Shown in pieces: positions 1 to 9,514 of a stretch of DNA of 64,000 bases. The notes beneath the pieces were generated by a model. The model was not told the DNA's origin, searched no databases, and worked only from the letters and a program-made list of their open reading frames with translations. The DNA is from Candidatus Nanohaloarchaea archaeon (GTDB lineage Archaea > Nanohalarchaeota > Nanosalinia > Nanosalinales > Nanosalinaceae). Where the stretch lies: the NCBI GenBank assembly GCA_013343275.1, contig CP046106.1, forward strand, positions 640,001 to 704,000, written 5' to 3'. A program made the position numbers and the translations under genes. Numbering within the stretch: the stretch's first letter is position 1; each line of letters begins with the position of its first letter.

Positions 1-403
1 CATCGTTATCGGATGTTACTGCGAACACAGGATAGTCTCTTTCTATGAAATACAGCAGCGATTCAAGCACACTTGTTGTTCTGCCGGATTTGCTTATCGG
101 CATGACCAGTGTGTTTTCGCTGTCAGTACTGGAGGCCACACGATGCAGGTAGTCTGGCTCCTGAGTTGTCACCATATGGACATCGATCTCAACCTCATCG
201 ATGAAAGCATAGTATAGAGCTCGGAAAGAGGTTATTGAGCCACCGTTACCTATTACAACCAGGCTTTCGCAGTCCTGTCTTTCGGCCTTCTCAAGAATCT
301 CATCTATATCAGGCTCTACCTCAGAGAACCCAGGTTTATCTACGTCGGAAAATTCTGTATCTACCTCTCTGTCTATATTCTGTATCTCAAGTCCCAGGCT
401 CAT
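1..403 (-). CDS. pgi: Glucose-6-phosphate isomerase-like SIS-domain protein (5' part only; runs off the window)
   Basis: Hand translation from ATG at 403: MSLGLEIQ...LVVIGNGGS...MPISKSGRTTS; both motifs match the PGI family; ATGA overlap with glycogen synthase stop. Confidence 0.75.
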   Translation of the reverse strand, partial: MSLGLEIQNIDREVDTEFSDVDKPGFSEVEPDIDEILEKAERQDCESLVVIGNGGSITSFRALYYAFIDEVEIDVHMVTTQEPDYLHRVASSTDSENTLVMPISKSGRTTSVLESLLYFIERDYPVFAVTSDND

Positions 404-2142
404 TGATGGTTTCTCACCGCTTCTTTATGGGCCTCTAGATAGTTCTCTCCGAGTTTCTCCCAAGAAGTCATCTGCGCAAGCTTCCTGGCATTATGCTTCC
501 TCTCCGTTATCTCTGTCTTCGAGTACTCGGTTAGTTCCTGTATCATATCTGCAAGGTTCTGTGCGGCCTCTTCGTCAGAGAAGTTCTGCCTTCTGAGAAC
601 CTTTATTCCTTTGCGCTCCCCTTCTTCAGTATTATCCATCAGGAAGTGGCCGAAACCAGCCATATCAGTTGTTATAGACATTGCACCGTTGGCCGCTGTT
701 TCCACAGGCGTGTAACCCCATGGCTCGTAGTAACTTGGGAATATACCTGCTGATGATGCCACCATGGCATCCTTGTAGCTCATTGATAGCAGGCGGTCTC
801 CCACAGAGAGATAGGTCGGATAGAAGACCACCTTGACTCTGTCGTCTTCACTATTCGTTATTCCTCTCTCCCTCAGTCTTTCAAGTATGTTGTCGTTATC
901 ATAGTTTAGATCAAACGCGCAGAGCGGCGCTTCCTCCGATTTCTTGGCGTGGAAGTTTCTCTGCAGCGATTCAAGTGTCGAGCTCTCGACTATATCCTCC
1001 AGACCATCAGGATTTTCTCCTGCAGTTACTGAATCAAGTACACGGTTCCTGACCTGTGGAATAATTGAGTCAATGTAGTCCTCAAGTTCCTCATACAAAG
1101 CCATATTGTCGAGGACCTCTCTTTTCGGTCCTGAAGTGTCGCTCGGTACAAAGAAGAACACGAAGAAGTCATCCCCCTCCTGCTCGTTCACCTCTGCCAG
1201 AGCATCTATGAACAGATCCAGGCCTTTGTTGTGGAACTCGTACCTGCCCGATACAAACATTATCCTTGGATCATCCTCCAGCTCAACACCGTAGTAAGGT
1301 TCGAAATAAGCCCTCAGGAACTGTTTCATTTCCTTTTTCTTCTCCTTATGCTGGTAAGACAGCTCTTCAAGGCTAGGAAAGTCTTCAACGTTGAAACCAT
1401 TCGGCAGAATCCTATCAGGTTCTGTGTCAAGCACTGCTGCGGCCTCTTCTCCAGTATTTTTACTTACAGTTGTGAATACATCTGCCTCAGTTGCTGCAGC
1501 CTTCTCAACCTGATGCTTTGGTTTAACACCGTACTCTTCGGCCTTTGAATCATCTACATGACCGCTATCTACCGCCGCCTCCAGATCGTAGTCCGAATCA
1601 GAGAGTGCTCTCCCCAGAACAGTCGCGTGAGTTGTGAAAACAGTTGGGCTGTCCAGCCCAAACATCGCAGGACCGGAAAGCCATTCATGGCAGTGGAAAA
1701 CAGTTTCACCCTGCCACATTTCCTCTATCTTCTCTAGAACACGGCCGACTGCGTAGCTCCATTTCACCGGTTCATCAAAGTCGTCTCCCGCATTCATTGA
1801 GTCGATTCCGTGCTCTTCCCAGAGATACTCTTTGATCTCGTCTACAGATTTCTCCAGGCCTGAAGGATCTACAAGTATTGTGCGTGGAGAGCTTGAGATA
1901 TTCCATACTCCTAGATGGCATTCTATCCCTTCATCTTCAAGCTCCTCCAGGAATCCGAAGTCGGAGAACTCTCTTGATATGAAGTCGTCACGTGCCTTTT
2001 CTTCGTCGTAATATCCTATTGTGAGGTAGCTGTCGCCGTAGAAGTCCTGCATTTTTCCGGCCTTTGAACTCAGGACCTGGTATATTCCTCCGACTTTGTT
2101 TGCTACTTCAAAAGATACCTCAACTACATTTTCCGGCCGCAT
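400..2142 (-). CDS. Glycogen synthase, GT3 family
   Basis: EVANKVGGIY, FHCHEW, FTTHAT, GRYEFHNKG and FPSYYEPWGYTP motifs. Confidence 0.92.
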   Translation of the reverse strand: MRPENVVEVSFEVANKVGGIYQVLSSKAGKMQDFYGDSYLTIGYYDEEKARDDFISREFSDFGFLEELEDEGIECHLGVWNISSSPRTILVDPSGLEKSVDEIKEYLWEEHGIDSMNAGDDFDEPVKWSYAVGRVLEKIEEMWQGETVFHCHEWLSGPAMFGLDSPTVFTTHATVLGRALSDSDYDLEAAVDSGHVDDSKAEEYGVKPKHQVEKAAATEADVFTTVSKNTGEEAAAVLDTEPDRILPNGFNVEDFPSLEELSYQHKEKKKEMKQFLRAYFEPYYGVELEDDPRIMFVSGRYEFHNKGLDLFIDALAEVNEQEGDDFFVFFFVPSDTSGPKREVLDNMALYEELEDYIDSIIPQVRNRVLDSVTAGENPDGLEDIVESSTLESLQRNFHAKKSEEAPLCAFDLNYDNDNILERLRERGITNSEDDRVKVVFYPTYLSVGDRLLSMSYKDAMVASSAGIFPSYYEPWGYTPVETAANGAMSITTDMAGFGHFLMDNTEEGERKGIKVLRRQNFSDEEAAQNLADMIQELTEYSKTEITERKHNARKLAQMTSWEKLGENYLEAHKEAVRNHQ

Positions 2143-2248
2143 AATGAGTTAGTTCTCCTCGCTCAGTATAAAAACCAATGGCCGGATAGATTACTACCTA
2201 CCGGTTAAAATAAAGGTTTTATACCTGAGCGCAGGCCGTTTATTTTCT

Positions 2249-4030
2249 ATGTACAGTTTAAACCAGGATCTCTCGGAGAAGTACGGAGTAATTTCCAACC
2301 TCCACGGTTTTCTCAACAGACATTTCGACACCGGTTTCAAGACGAAATGGAGCGGTTACTGGGCGCCGCCCTACAAGTTCCTCGACTACTACGCGATAAA
2401 GGTTAACGGTATCTGGCTGGACGATTCAACAGTCAGGAACGTGGAGTACGGCGACAAGATGGTTTTCTACCACAAGGCCGGAGGCCTGGAGATAAAGGAG
2501 GAGGTAAGAACCCCCGACTCTGTTCCTGGTTTCGAGATCGAACTTGAGATAACAAACAGCGAGGAAAGCAAAAAAGCTGCTCATATAGTTATAGAACCAG
2601 CTGTAGATATCCGATCCAAGTCAGAAGACGTAGTTGCCGGAGAGTACGATGTCGAAAAAGGACAGGACAAGATAGCAGTTTCGAGAAATGGCAGAAAGAT
2701 AATGATGTGTGGAGAAGGCATGGAGATAGAGGAGAGAGATGACTATAAGACACATCACCCGGGAGGAGAGAAACAGGAGTGCTTCATACCGGCAAACCTA
2801 ATATACCGCAAGGAGATAGAGGCCAATTCCTCTGAAAGCGTAAAGATGGAGGCCTCAACAACCTCAGGTAGCTTTGACAGTCTTGAATCCCAGAAAACAC
2901 ATTTCGAAAACATCCAGCTGGGCCAGGGTTTCTCTGCAGCCGTCAAGAGTATGGAGAACATGGTTTACGACAGGGATGGAAAAGGAGTGATCGCAGGCCA
3001 CCCCTGGTTCCAGAATTACTGGGCCCGAGACACATACTGGACGCTTCTCGGCCTTATCGATGCCGGATACTTCGAGCTGAGTCACGACATACTTGAGAAC
3101 TTTGCAGAAGAGGACGGCTTCCCGGATCAGATACTTCTCGAGGACGAAGAAGTAGATACTCCAACCTCCGATGCCGCCCCTCTCTTCGTTATAGCCGCTG
3201 ACAAGCTGAGAAGACACTGGAAGGTCAGCGATGAAATAGAGGACAAGATAGAGGAGGCCTTCGAAGAACTCGAGACTGAGGACGGAGTAGTACAGCATAA
3301 ACCATGCGGAACATGGATGGATACCATAAGAAGGCCTTCGGCAGTAGATATCCAGGCCCTGTGGCTGAAAGCCGCTGATGCAGAGGATAGAACAGAGTTA
3401 AAGAATAGTCTTGAAACAGGTATGAAAAAATTCCTTGAGGGAGATCGCATCCTGGATCACATGGGCGACAATCCAGGCCTGACAATCAATCCTGCTGTGG
3501 CGCTGATGTTCGGACAGGTTCCGGAAAGCTACATCGAGGATATAAACGCAGAGTTCTCCTCACGTCACGGGGCCAGAACACTGTCCGTAGTTGATCCTGG
3601 TTACGATGCAGAAGGATATCATACAGGCAGCGTCTGGGGTTTAACAACAGGATGGGCTGCAGCAGCAAACTTCAGACAGGACAGAGATGTTCAGGGCATG
3701 AACTTTCTGGAGAAGCTGAACAAGTTTACGATGAGAAACCAGGTAGGAGGCTTCCCAGAAGTAGTAGATGCCGAGAACGGTCACCTGCTCGGATGCGGCG
3801 AACAGGCCTGGAGCGCTGGAATTTACGTGCACACTGTAGACCGATACCTGCTAGGCATAGAGGTAGTCGACCCAGAGACTGTAAGAATTAATCCATCGGA
3901 AAAAGCTGAGGGCCGCAGAACCAGGAAGAGGATCGGCGACGAGTACCTAGATATAGAGTTCAGAGAAGACAGCTTCGAAGTACTGAACTCACCGGATATA
4001 GAGATACTTGAAGGAGGAGAGCAGAAATGA
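2249..4030 (+). CDS. Amylo-alpha-1,6-glucosidase / glycogen debranching enzyme
   Basis: AGHPWF..WARD, TWMD, YHTGSVW and QAWS motifs. Confidence 0.85.
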   Translation: MYSLNQDLSEKYGVISNLHGFLNRHFDTGFKTKWSGYWAPPYKFLDYYAIKVNGIWLDDSTVRNVEYGDKMVFYHKAGGLEIKEEVRTPDSVPGFEIELEITNSEESKKAAHIVIEPAVDIRSKSEDVVAGEYDVEKGQDKIAVSRNGRKIMMCGEGMEIEERDDYKTHHPGGEKQECFIPANLIYRKEIEANSSESVKMEASTTSGSFDSLESQKTHFENIQLGQGFSAAVKSMENMVYDRDGKGVIAGHPWFQNYWARDTYWTLLGLIDAGYFELSHDILENFAEEDGFPDQILLEDEEVDTPTSDAAPLFVIAADKLRRHWKVSDEIEDKIEEAFEELETEDGVVQHKPCGTWMDTIRRPSAVDIQALWLKAADAEDRTELKNSLETGMKKFLEGDRILDHMGDNPGLTINPAVALMFGQVPESYIEDINAEFSSRHGARTLSVVDPGYDAEGYHTGSVWGLTTGWAAAANFRQDRDVQGMNFLEKLNKFTMRNQVGGFPEVVDAENGHLLGCGEQAWSAGIYVHTVDRYLLGIEVVDPETVRINPSEKAEGRRTRKRIGDEYLDIEFREDSFEVLNSPDIEILEGGEQK

Positions 4031-4662
4031 TAATCATCAACACAAAGGCCTACAGAAAAGGCGTTGGAAAGGACTTAGAGCAACTGGTCAAAACCTGTAC
4101 AGAAATGGTCGATCCAGAGAACCTGATATTTTCAGTTCAGCCGGAGGACCTCCTGAGACTGGAGGAAACAGATGTAGAGGTATTTGCCCAGCACCTGGAT
4201 CCAGTAGAGCCCGGAAGCCATACAGGTAGTATCCTTGGAGAAGGCATAGTAGAGGCAGGTGCATCAGGAACTCTTCTCAACCACTCAGAGAACAGACTGG
4301 AAAGTGAACAGATCAAGGCCTCCGTAGAGAAAGCGAAAGAACTAGGCCTGAACACGGTAGTATGCGCTCAGAGCCCTGAGGAATGCAGAGAGTTCAAGGA
4401 GTTCGAGCCAGATTATATCGCGTTTGAACCGCCGGAGCTGATCGGCGGAGATACTTCTGTTGCAGAGGCGGAACCTGAGATCATAGAAGAGGCTGTCGAG
4501 GCCTCCGCTCCCGTACCTGCTTTAACCGGTGCCGGGATTAAAACAGCGGAAGACGTAAGCAAAAGTCTAGAGCATGGATGTGAAGGCGTGCTTGTAGCTT
4601 CAGGAGTTGTAAAAGCTGAAAAACCTGGTGAGGCAGTTGAGGAACTGGTGAAAGGTCTTTGA
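4027..4662 (+). CDS. tpiA: Triosephosphate isomerase, archaeal type
   Basis: INTKAY, LLNHSE, AFEPPELIG, GAGI, GVLVASGV. Confidence 0.95.
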   Translation: MIIINTKAYRKGVGKDLEQLVKTCTEMVDPENLIFSVQPEDLLRLEETDVEVFAQHLDPVEPGSHTGSILGEGIVEAGASGTLLNHSENRLESEQIKASVEKAKELGLNTVVCAQSPEECREFKEFEPDYIAFEPPELIGGDTSVAEAEPEIIEEAVEASAPVPALTGAGIKTAEDVSKSLEHGCEGVLVASGVVKAEKPGEAVEELVKGL

Positions 4663-5912
4663 AAAATGTATGGCGTGAGAGGTACCAGGATATAGATACA
4701 GGTTCTCCTGAAGCAGATGTTCTAACTGGTTTTAACGCTAATATAGATGCAAAATACGATGTCAGCCAGTTATCAGGAGAACTGGAGAGAGTTGATCCTG
4801 AAGAGGTTGAAGAGGCCGATAGCAGGGAGGAGTTTCTCTCACTGTTAAAGTACTGTATAGAGAACGGAGAGAACAAGGAGGTGAACTACCAGAACTTCGA
4901 ACCAGGTATCGAAGCCGATAAAGAGGAAATAGGCGGCCAGGCAGGTATTATGGCGAACTTTCTATGCGGAACCGGCAACAGCACGGTCTTCTACACACCT
5001 TTCCTCTCCGACAGGCTTGCGGAGAACCTGGAGCCTGAACTGAAATACCCTGTTAACTCGGGCGAAGGCCTCGAGTTAGAGAAGATAGAGCAGGCAGCGA
5101 ACACCGACAGGACAAAAGTCAACCATATATTCGAGTTCGACGGCGAGAAAACCGGCAGACTGATTCTATCGGACAAGCTGCGGGGTTTCGGCCCTTACTT
5201 CCGCAAAGGAGTCGAGGACCATATCCAGCAGCTAGACGAAGACCTTGACAGAGTTCTTCTCTCCGGATTCCACAACGCAGATGGCAACATAGAGGCAAAG
5301 TTGAAGAAGGCCTCTCAGCAGCTCGAGAAGTTCAGTACACCAGTCCACATGGAGTACGTGGATCTAAGCAGCAAGCTGAATCTGCTGGAGAAGTATATCT
5401 TCCCTCATGTGCAGAGTATAGGCCTGGATGAGTACGAGATGAAGGCTCTTGAGGAAGCTCTGGATGTACAGCTAGATGGTGAAGAGCCTTCACTTGGCGA
5501 GGCCTTCCAGTTTGCGAAGTTCTTTATAGAGGAGTTCGGGCTTGATCGAGTTCATATCCATACCTATGGATACCATGTAAACGTGACGACAGAGAACTAT
5601 GGAGTTTCACCTGAGAAGATCAGGGAAAGCATGCTCTACGGTGAGACCTGTGCAGTACAGATGGCGGATGAAGGAGAAATACCTGAAGATGTCGATACAC
5701 TGGACTTCGATAACAAGCACGTGAAGAAACTGGATGATCTCGAGAACTTCGAGGAATTTCTGGGCCTCGAGGAGTTCACCAGAGAGGGAATAGGAAAAGT
5801 AGAAGGATACAACGTTGTGGCTATTCCTCCGGTTATCCACGAGGATCCAGAGAGACTGGTCGGAATGGGCGACGTAATATCGGCAGGAAGCTTTGTGAAA
5901 GAGGTTAACTAG
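4659..5912 (+). CDS. ADP-dependent glucokinase/phosphofructokinase
   Basis: GFNANIDA, GGQAGIMAN, HIFEF, VGMGDVIS; TTG start overlaps tpiA stop. Confidence 0.9.
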   Translation: MKNVWRERYQDIDTGSPEADVLTGFNANIDAKYDVSQLSGELERVDPEEVEEADSREEFLSLLKYCIENGENKEVNYQNFEPGIEADKEEIGGQAGIMANFLCGTGNSTVFYTPFLSDRLAENLEPELKYPVNSGEGLELEKIEQAANTDRTKVNHIFEFDGEKTGRLILSDKLRGFGPYFRKGVEDHIQQLDEDLDRVLLSGFHNADGNIEAKLKKASQQLEKFSTPVHMEYVDLSSKLNLLEKYIFPHVQSIGLDEYEMKALEEALDVQLDGEEPSLGEAFQFAKFFIEEFGLDRVHIHTYGYHVNVTTENYGVSPEKIRESMLYGETCAVQMADEGEIPEDVDTLDFDNKHVKKLDDLENFEEFLGLEEFTREGIGKVEGYNVVAIPPVIHEDPERLVGMGDVISAGSFVKEVN

Positions 5913-7239
5913 CCTCCTCTATAAACTCCCTGACATCGCCTTCAACCCTTTCAAGAATCTCATCCAGATCCTCTTCAGTATCAGCCTCACACCTTACACT
6001 CATCTTCTCCTCAGTGTTGGAAGGCCTGACTAGCGCCCATCCATTCTCGAAGTATACCTTGACCCCATCAACTGTTGCAAGTTCATGGTCAGAGTACTTC
6101 TGCTTGACAGATTCAATTACGGGCTGCTTGGCCTCTTCAGGGCAGTCAATTCTTAACTCTGGAGAGACTGGGTATTCAGGCCAGGAGTAAAGCTCCTCCA
6201 CGACATCGGTCTCAGATACAATCTTCGACATAAGCGCTGCAGTGAACAGGCCGTCGTCCCACGGAAAGTCGAAGGCCGGGAAGTAGTAGTGGCCTGAAAG
6301 CTCTCCAGCAAACACTACTTCAGAGTCCTCGTGTATTTTCTCCGAGATAAATGTATGGCCTACACGGGTCTCCACTGCTTCTCCACCGTGCTCCTGGATT
6401 TTCTCAGGTACAAGTTTGGAGGCTCTGAGATCGTGAACTACAGAACCTTTCTCCTCATTCAAACTCTCCTCTGCAAGAAGCGCAATCACTTTATCCTCCT
6501 CTACATAGCCGTATCCAGGAAGAATAAATCCTGCGCGATCGCCATCGCCATCAAATATTATACCTAGATGTTCATCGCTCATAGCTTCCTCAAGCTGTTC
6601 CTGAGCCTCTTCCTCTCCTGGGGCTGGCAGATGGTTCGGGAAGCTGCCGTCGATTTCTTCATTAACCATTTTGACCTCTGCGCCGAGCTCTTCAAACAGT
6701 GCACGGGCCATGGATCCTGTTACTCCGTTTCCACAGTTGATGGCTAGCTTCAGGTCCAGTTCACCTATCTCGTCCCTGACAGCTTCAGTATATTCTGATA
6801 GTATTTCGACTTCTTCCTCCTCTCCTTCACCTGTCTCAAACTCTCCGGACTCGTAGATGCTCTCTATCTCCTCCATGCCTCCGTCACGGGACATTGCGAG
6901 AGCGTTCTCCAGGCAGAACTTGAAACCGGTGTACTCAGGAGGATTATGCGAGGCCGTTACAACAGCAGATGAGCCATAATCTCCCTCTACCTGGCCATAG
7001 TATACCACAGGCGTTGGAACCATGCCAGCATGGGCCACATCAGTACCTGTGGACTTGACTCCTTCGATAAAGGCCTCGGCTACTTCTTCTCCATGCTCTC
7101 TGCCGTCCCTGCCGACTAGAACTTTTTCCGAATCGATGAATGTTCCGTAGGCCTTGCCTACTTTTTCTGCCTCTTCTTCAGAGATTTCATCAGGATAGGT
7201 TCCTCTGAGATCGTAAGAGTGGAAGAAAGAGGTCATCAC
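5905..7239 (-). CDS. Phosphoglucomutase/phosphomannomutase
   Basis: YDLRG, TASHNP, DGDGDR, GELSGH, RPSNTE; start may be ATG at 7236. Confidence 0.93.
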   Translation of the reverse strand: MMTSFFHSYDLRGTYPDEISEEEAEKVGKAYGTFIDSEKVLVGRDGREHGEEVAEAFIEGVKSTGTDVAHAGMVPTPVVYYGQVEGDYGSSAVVTASHNPPEYTGFKFCLENALAMSRDGGMEEIESIYESGEFETGEGEEEEVEILSEYTEAVRDEIGELDLKLAINCGNGVTGSMARALFEELGAEVKMVNEEIDGSFPNHLPAPGEEEAQEQLEEAMSDEHLGIIFDGDGDRAGFILPGYGYVEEDKVIALLAEESLNEEKGSVVHDLRASKLVPEKIQEHGGEAVETRVGHTFISEKIHEDSEVVFAGELSGHYYFPAFDFPWDDGLFTAALMSKIVSETDVVEELYSWPEYPVSPELRIDCPEEAKQPVIESVKQKYSDHELATVDGVKVYFENGWALVRPSNTEEKMSVRCEADTEEDLDEILERVEGDVREFIEEAS

Positions 7240-7242
7240 CGA

Positions 7243-7764
7243 TCACCCCCAGTAGTCTTCAAGTATGTCTGTTCTCTCTTTGTATTCGTCCTGTACGTCA
7301 GGCAGCGATTTCTTCATGACCTTGGTGTCGAGCGAGGTCTCCATAAATCCTCTGTCCTTCTCGAAGATCGGAACCAGTTGAACGTGGAGGTGTGGAATTG
7401 ACTCTCCTGCGGCCTTACCAATATTCATACCGATGTCGATCCCTGCAGGCTCCATAACTTCCTCCTGCAGCTCCTCAACTTTCTGCACCATTGCGAAAAG
7501 TCGGTCGCGTTCCTCATCCTCCAGATCAGCTAGATCATTGACATGACGCTTCGGAACAACCATCAAATGGCCTGTATTGTACGGAAATATATTCAGCTCC
7601 ACCATGAGGAAGTCATCCTCATACACGGCTAGCTTGGAGACTCGGTCATCGCCTTCGACCTGCGCGCAGAAGATACAGTCTATATCCTCTGGCACCTCCT
7701 TGGCCTCGTATTCCGATCTTTTTGGACTCCAGAGATACTGCTCGTACGGCTTCAAATCAGTCAT
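7243..7764 (-). CDS. HIT-family nucleotide phosphorylase (HxHxQ type)
   Basis: CIFC, NIFPYNTGH, AAGESIPHLHVQLVP. Confidence 0.85.
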   Translation of the reverse strand: MTDLKPYEQYLWSPKRSEYEAKEVPEDIDCIFCAQVEGDDRVSKLAVYEDDFLMVELNIFPYNTGHLMVVPKRHVNDLADLEDEERDRLFAMVQKVEELQEEVMEPAGIDIGMNIGKAAGESIPHLHVQLVPIFEKDRGFMETSLDTKVMKKSLPDVQDEYKERTDILEDYWG

Positions 7765-7815
7765 AACGTAGAATTAGTAAGAATGGAATTTAAGATTAGC
7801 GAGTAGCAAGGAAAA

Positions 7816-8577
7816 TCAGAAAGGATTCAGGTCGTGAAGATTCGATTTCAGCCTGACCGTCAGGCCTCTCTCAGGAGGTTCATTCCCTTTCATACGGTGA
7901 GCTACATCTTTTATCGCAAGCGAGGCCTTTGATTGTGGTTTGTGCGCTACCACAGGCTTTCTGAGTGCGATGGATTCTCTGACATGTTTGTGGTCAGGTA
8001 CTTTTCCTATAATATCTGTCTCCATCAGATCCTCTGCGTCCTCAAGACTTACCTCGGATTTCTCGTCTTTAACGCCGTTAACCACAAGACCTAGTACTTC
8101 TCTATCCAGTTCTTCTGCCAGCTTCTTCGCGCCCAGACAGTTAGTTAGTGCCGGAAGTTCGGGTTCAGATACCAGGAGAACTTCATCAGAGGCCTCTATT
8201 GCTGCCTCAACTTCCTCTCCAATACCTGCTGCCGCATCTATGAATACAAAATCTTTATCTCCCAGAAATTCAACCAGAGAGTGCTTAAGCTGCTCTGCGT
8301 TGGAGCTGAACTCCAGAACAGAGGCCGGTATAATAGATACTCCTTCAGGATGTTTGGAAACAGCCTGTGTAATATACGCATCGCCGTTGAGTACATCGTT
8401 AAATGTTACTTCTGAAAACCCGAGTCCGAAATGCTGGGCCAGGTTCGCACCAGAGAAGTTACCGTCAATAATCAGTACGTCCTCTCCCTGCCGGGAAAGC
8501 GCTGTTCCCAGATTAGATGTTACAGTGGTTTTTCCGACACCACCTTTGCCAGATACGACAGAGATAACCCTGGTCAT
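7816..8577 (-). CDS. minD: MinD-family ATPase
   Basis: SGKGGVGKTT deviant Walker A, DAAAG, EPELPAL. Confidence 0.88.
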   Translation of the reverse strand: MTRVISVVSGKGGVGKTTVTSNLGTALSRQGEDVLIIDGNFSGANLAQHFGLGFSEVTFNDVLNGDAYITQAVSKHPEGVSIIPASVLEFSSNAEQLKHSLVEFLGDKDFVFIDAAAGIGEEVEAAIEASDEVLLVSEPELPALTNCLGAKKLAEELDREVLGLVVNGVKDEKSEVSLEDAEDLMETDIIGKVPDHKHVRESIALRKPVVAHKPQSKASLAIKDVAHRMKGNEPPERGLTVRLKSNLHDLNPF

Positions 8578-8615
8578 TGAAGAAAAATTGGTTTTATCGA
8601 GTTAAAAAGGTGGGC

Positions 8616-9383
8616 TTACTTGAACCGGTCCATAATCTTCGAGAAAAGACCTGGCTCCGAGAGATCTGCCTCATACTCTACACCTGCAAGATCACCTGCA
8701 ACAGCCTTGAACCGCTCCGATACATGGTGATCCGGCTCATGATGGACCACCGGTTTCTTCATTGAGAGAGCTTCCTCAACCTTCTCGTGATGCGGAATCT
8801 CCATCATCACAGGATGGCCTATCATCGACTCAACCTCTTCAGTATCGAGCTCCGAGTCATGACCTTTCACCATGTTCAAAATAACTCCTCTGACATCAGT
8901 TCCAGCTTCCTCAGCAATATTAACAGTCTTCAAGGCATCTGTAACTGCTGGAAGATTTGGATTTGTTACAACAAGAACTTCATCAGATGCCTCGATAGCA
9001 TTAATCGATTCATTGCCAAGGCCTGCTGCGGAATCAACCAGTACAAAGTCCGGTTCTCCGACAGCATCAAGAAGCACATCCGAAAGATTTGCTGGATCAG
9101 TATCTTCCAGATCCTCTACCGATAGACCTGCTGGAACGACACGGAGGCCGGAATCATGGATATACATGGCCTCTGTGATGTGGGCATCTCCCTTGAGAAC
9201 GTCGTGAAGCGTCTTAGGGTATAGCGGGATGCCTATGTGGAATCCGAGGTTTGGGTTAGTAAGATTTGCATCGAGCACCACTGTATCCGCGCCGAAATTC
9301 GTCAGCGCTGCTCCAAGATTTGAAGTTACTGTGGTCTTTCCGACCCCTCCCTTTCCACTAGTCACACAGATCAATCGGGTCAT
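8616..9383 (-). CDS. minD: MinD-family ATPase (second paralog)
   Basis: Likely start MTRLICVTSGKGGVGKTT at 9383; C-terminal amphipathic GLFSKIMDRFK. Confidence 0.9.
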   Translation of the reverse strand: MTRLICVTSGKGGVGKTTVTSNLGAALTNFGADTVVLDANLTNPNLGFHIGIPLYPKTLHDVLKGDAHITEAMYIHDSGLRVVPAGLSVEDLEDTDPANLSDVLLDAVGEPDFVLVDSAAGLGNESINAIEASDEVLVVTNPNLPAVTDALKTVNIAEEAGTDVRGVILNMVKGHDSELDTEEVESMIGHPVMMEIPHHEKVEEALSMKKPVVHHEPDHHVSERFKAVAGDLAGVEYEADLSEPGLFSKIMDRFK

Positions 9384-9514
9384 CGTATCAAACTGTTTAC
9401 TCCACGCATTTAAATTATCTATGAGGCCTCCCATTCCCTCACTTTCCTGCAACAGAAACAAACCGCTCAGAGATTTTCTTCAGATTAAAATAACTTGGAT
9501 CCCAAAAACCCGAC

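Noticed and set aside
9421-9514. Possible leader ORF before leuS
   Set aside because: No similarity to the MKGGR motif and it runs out of frame far into leuS without an early stop.
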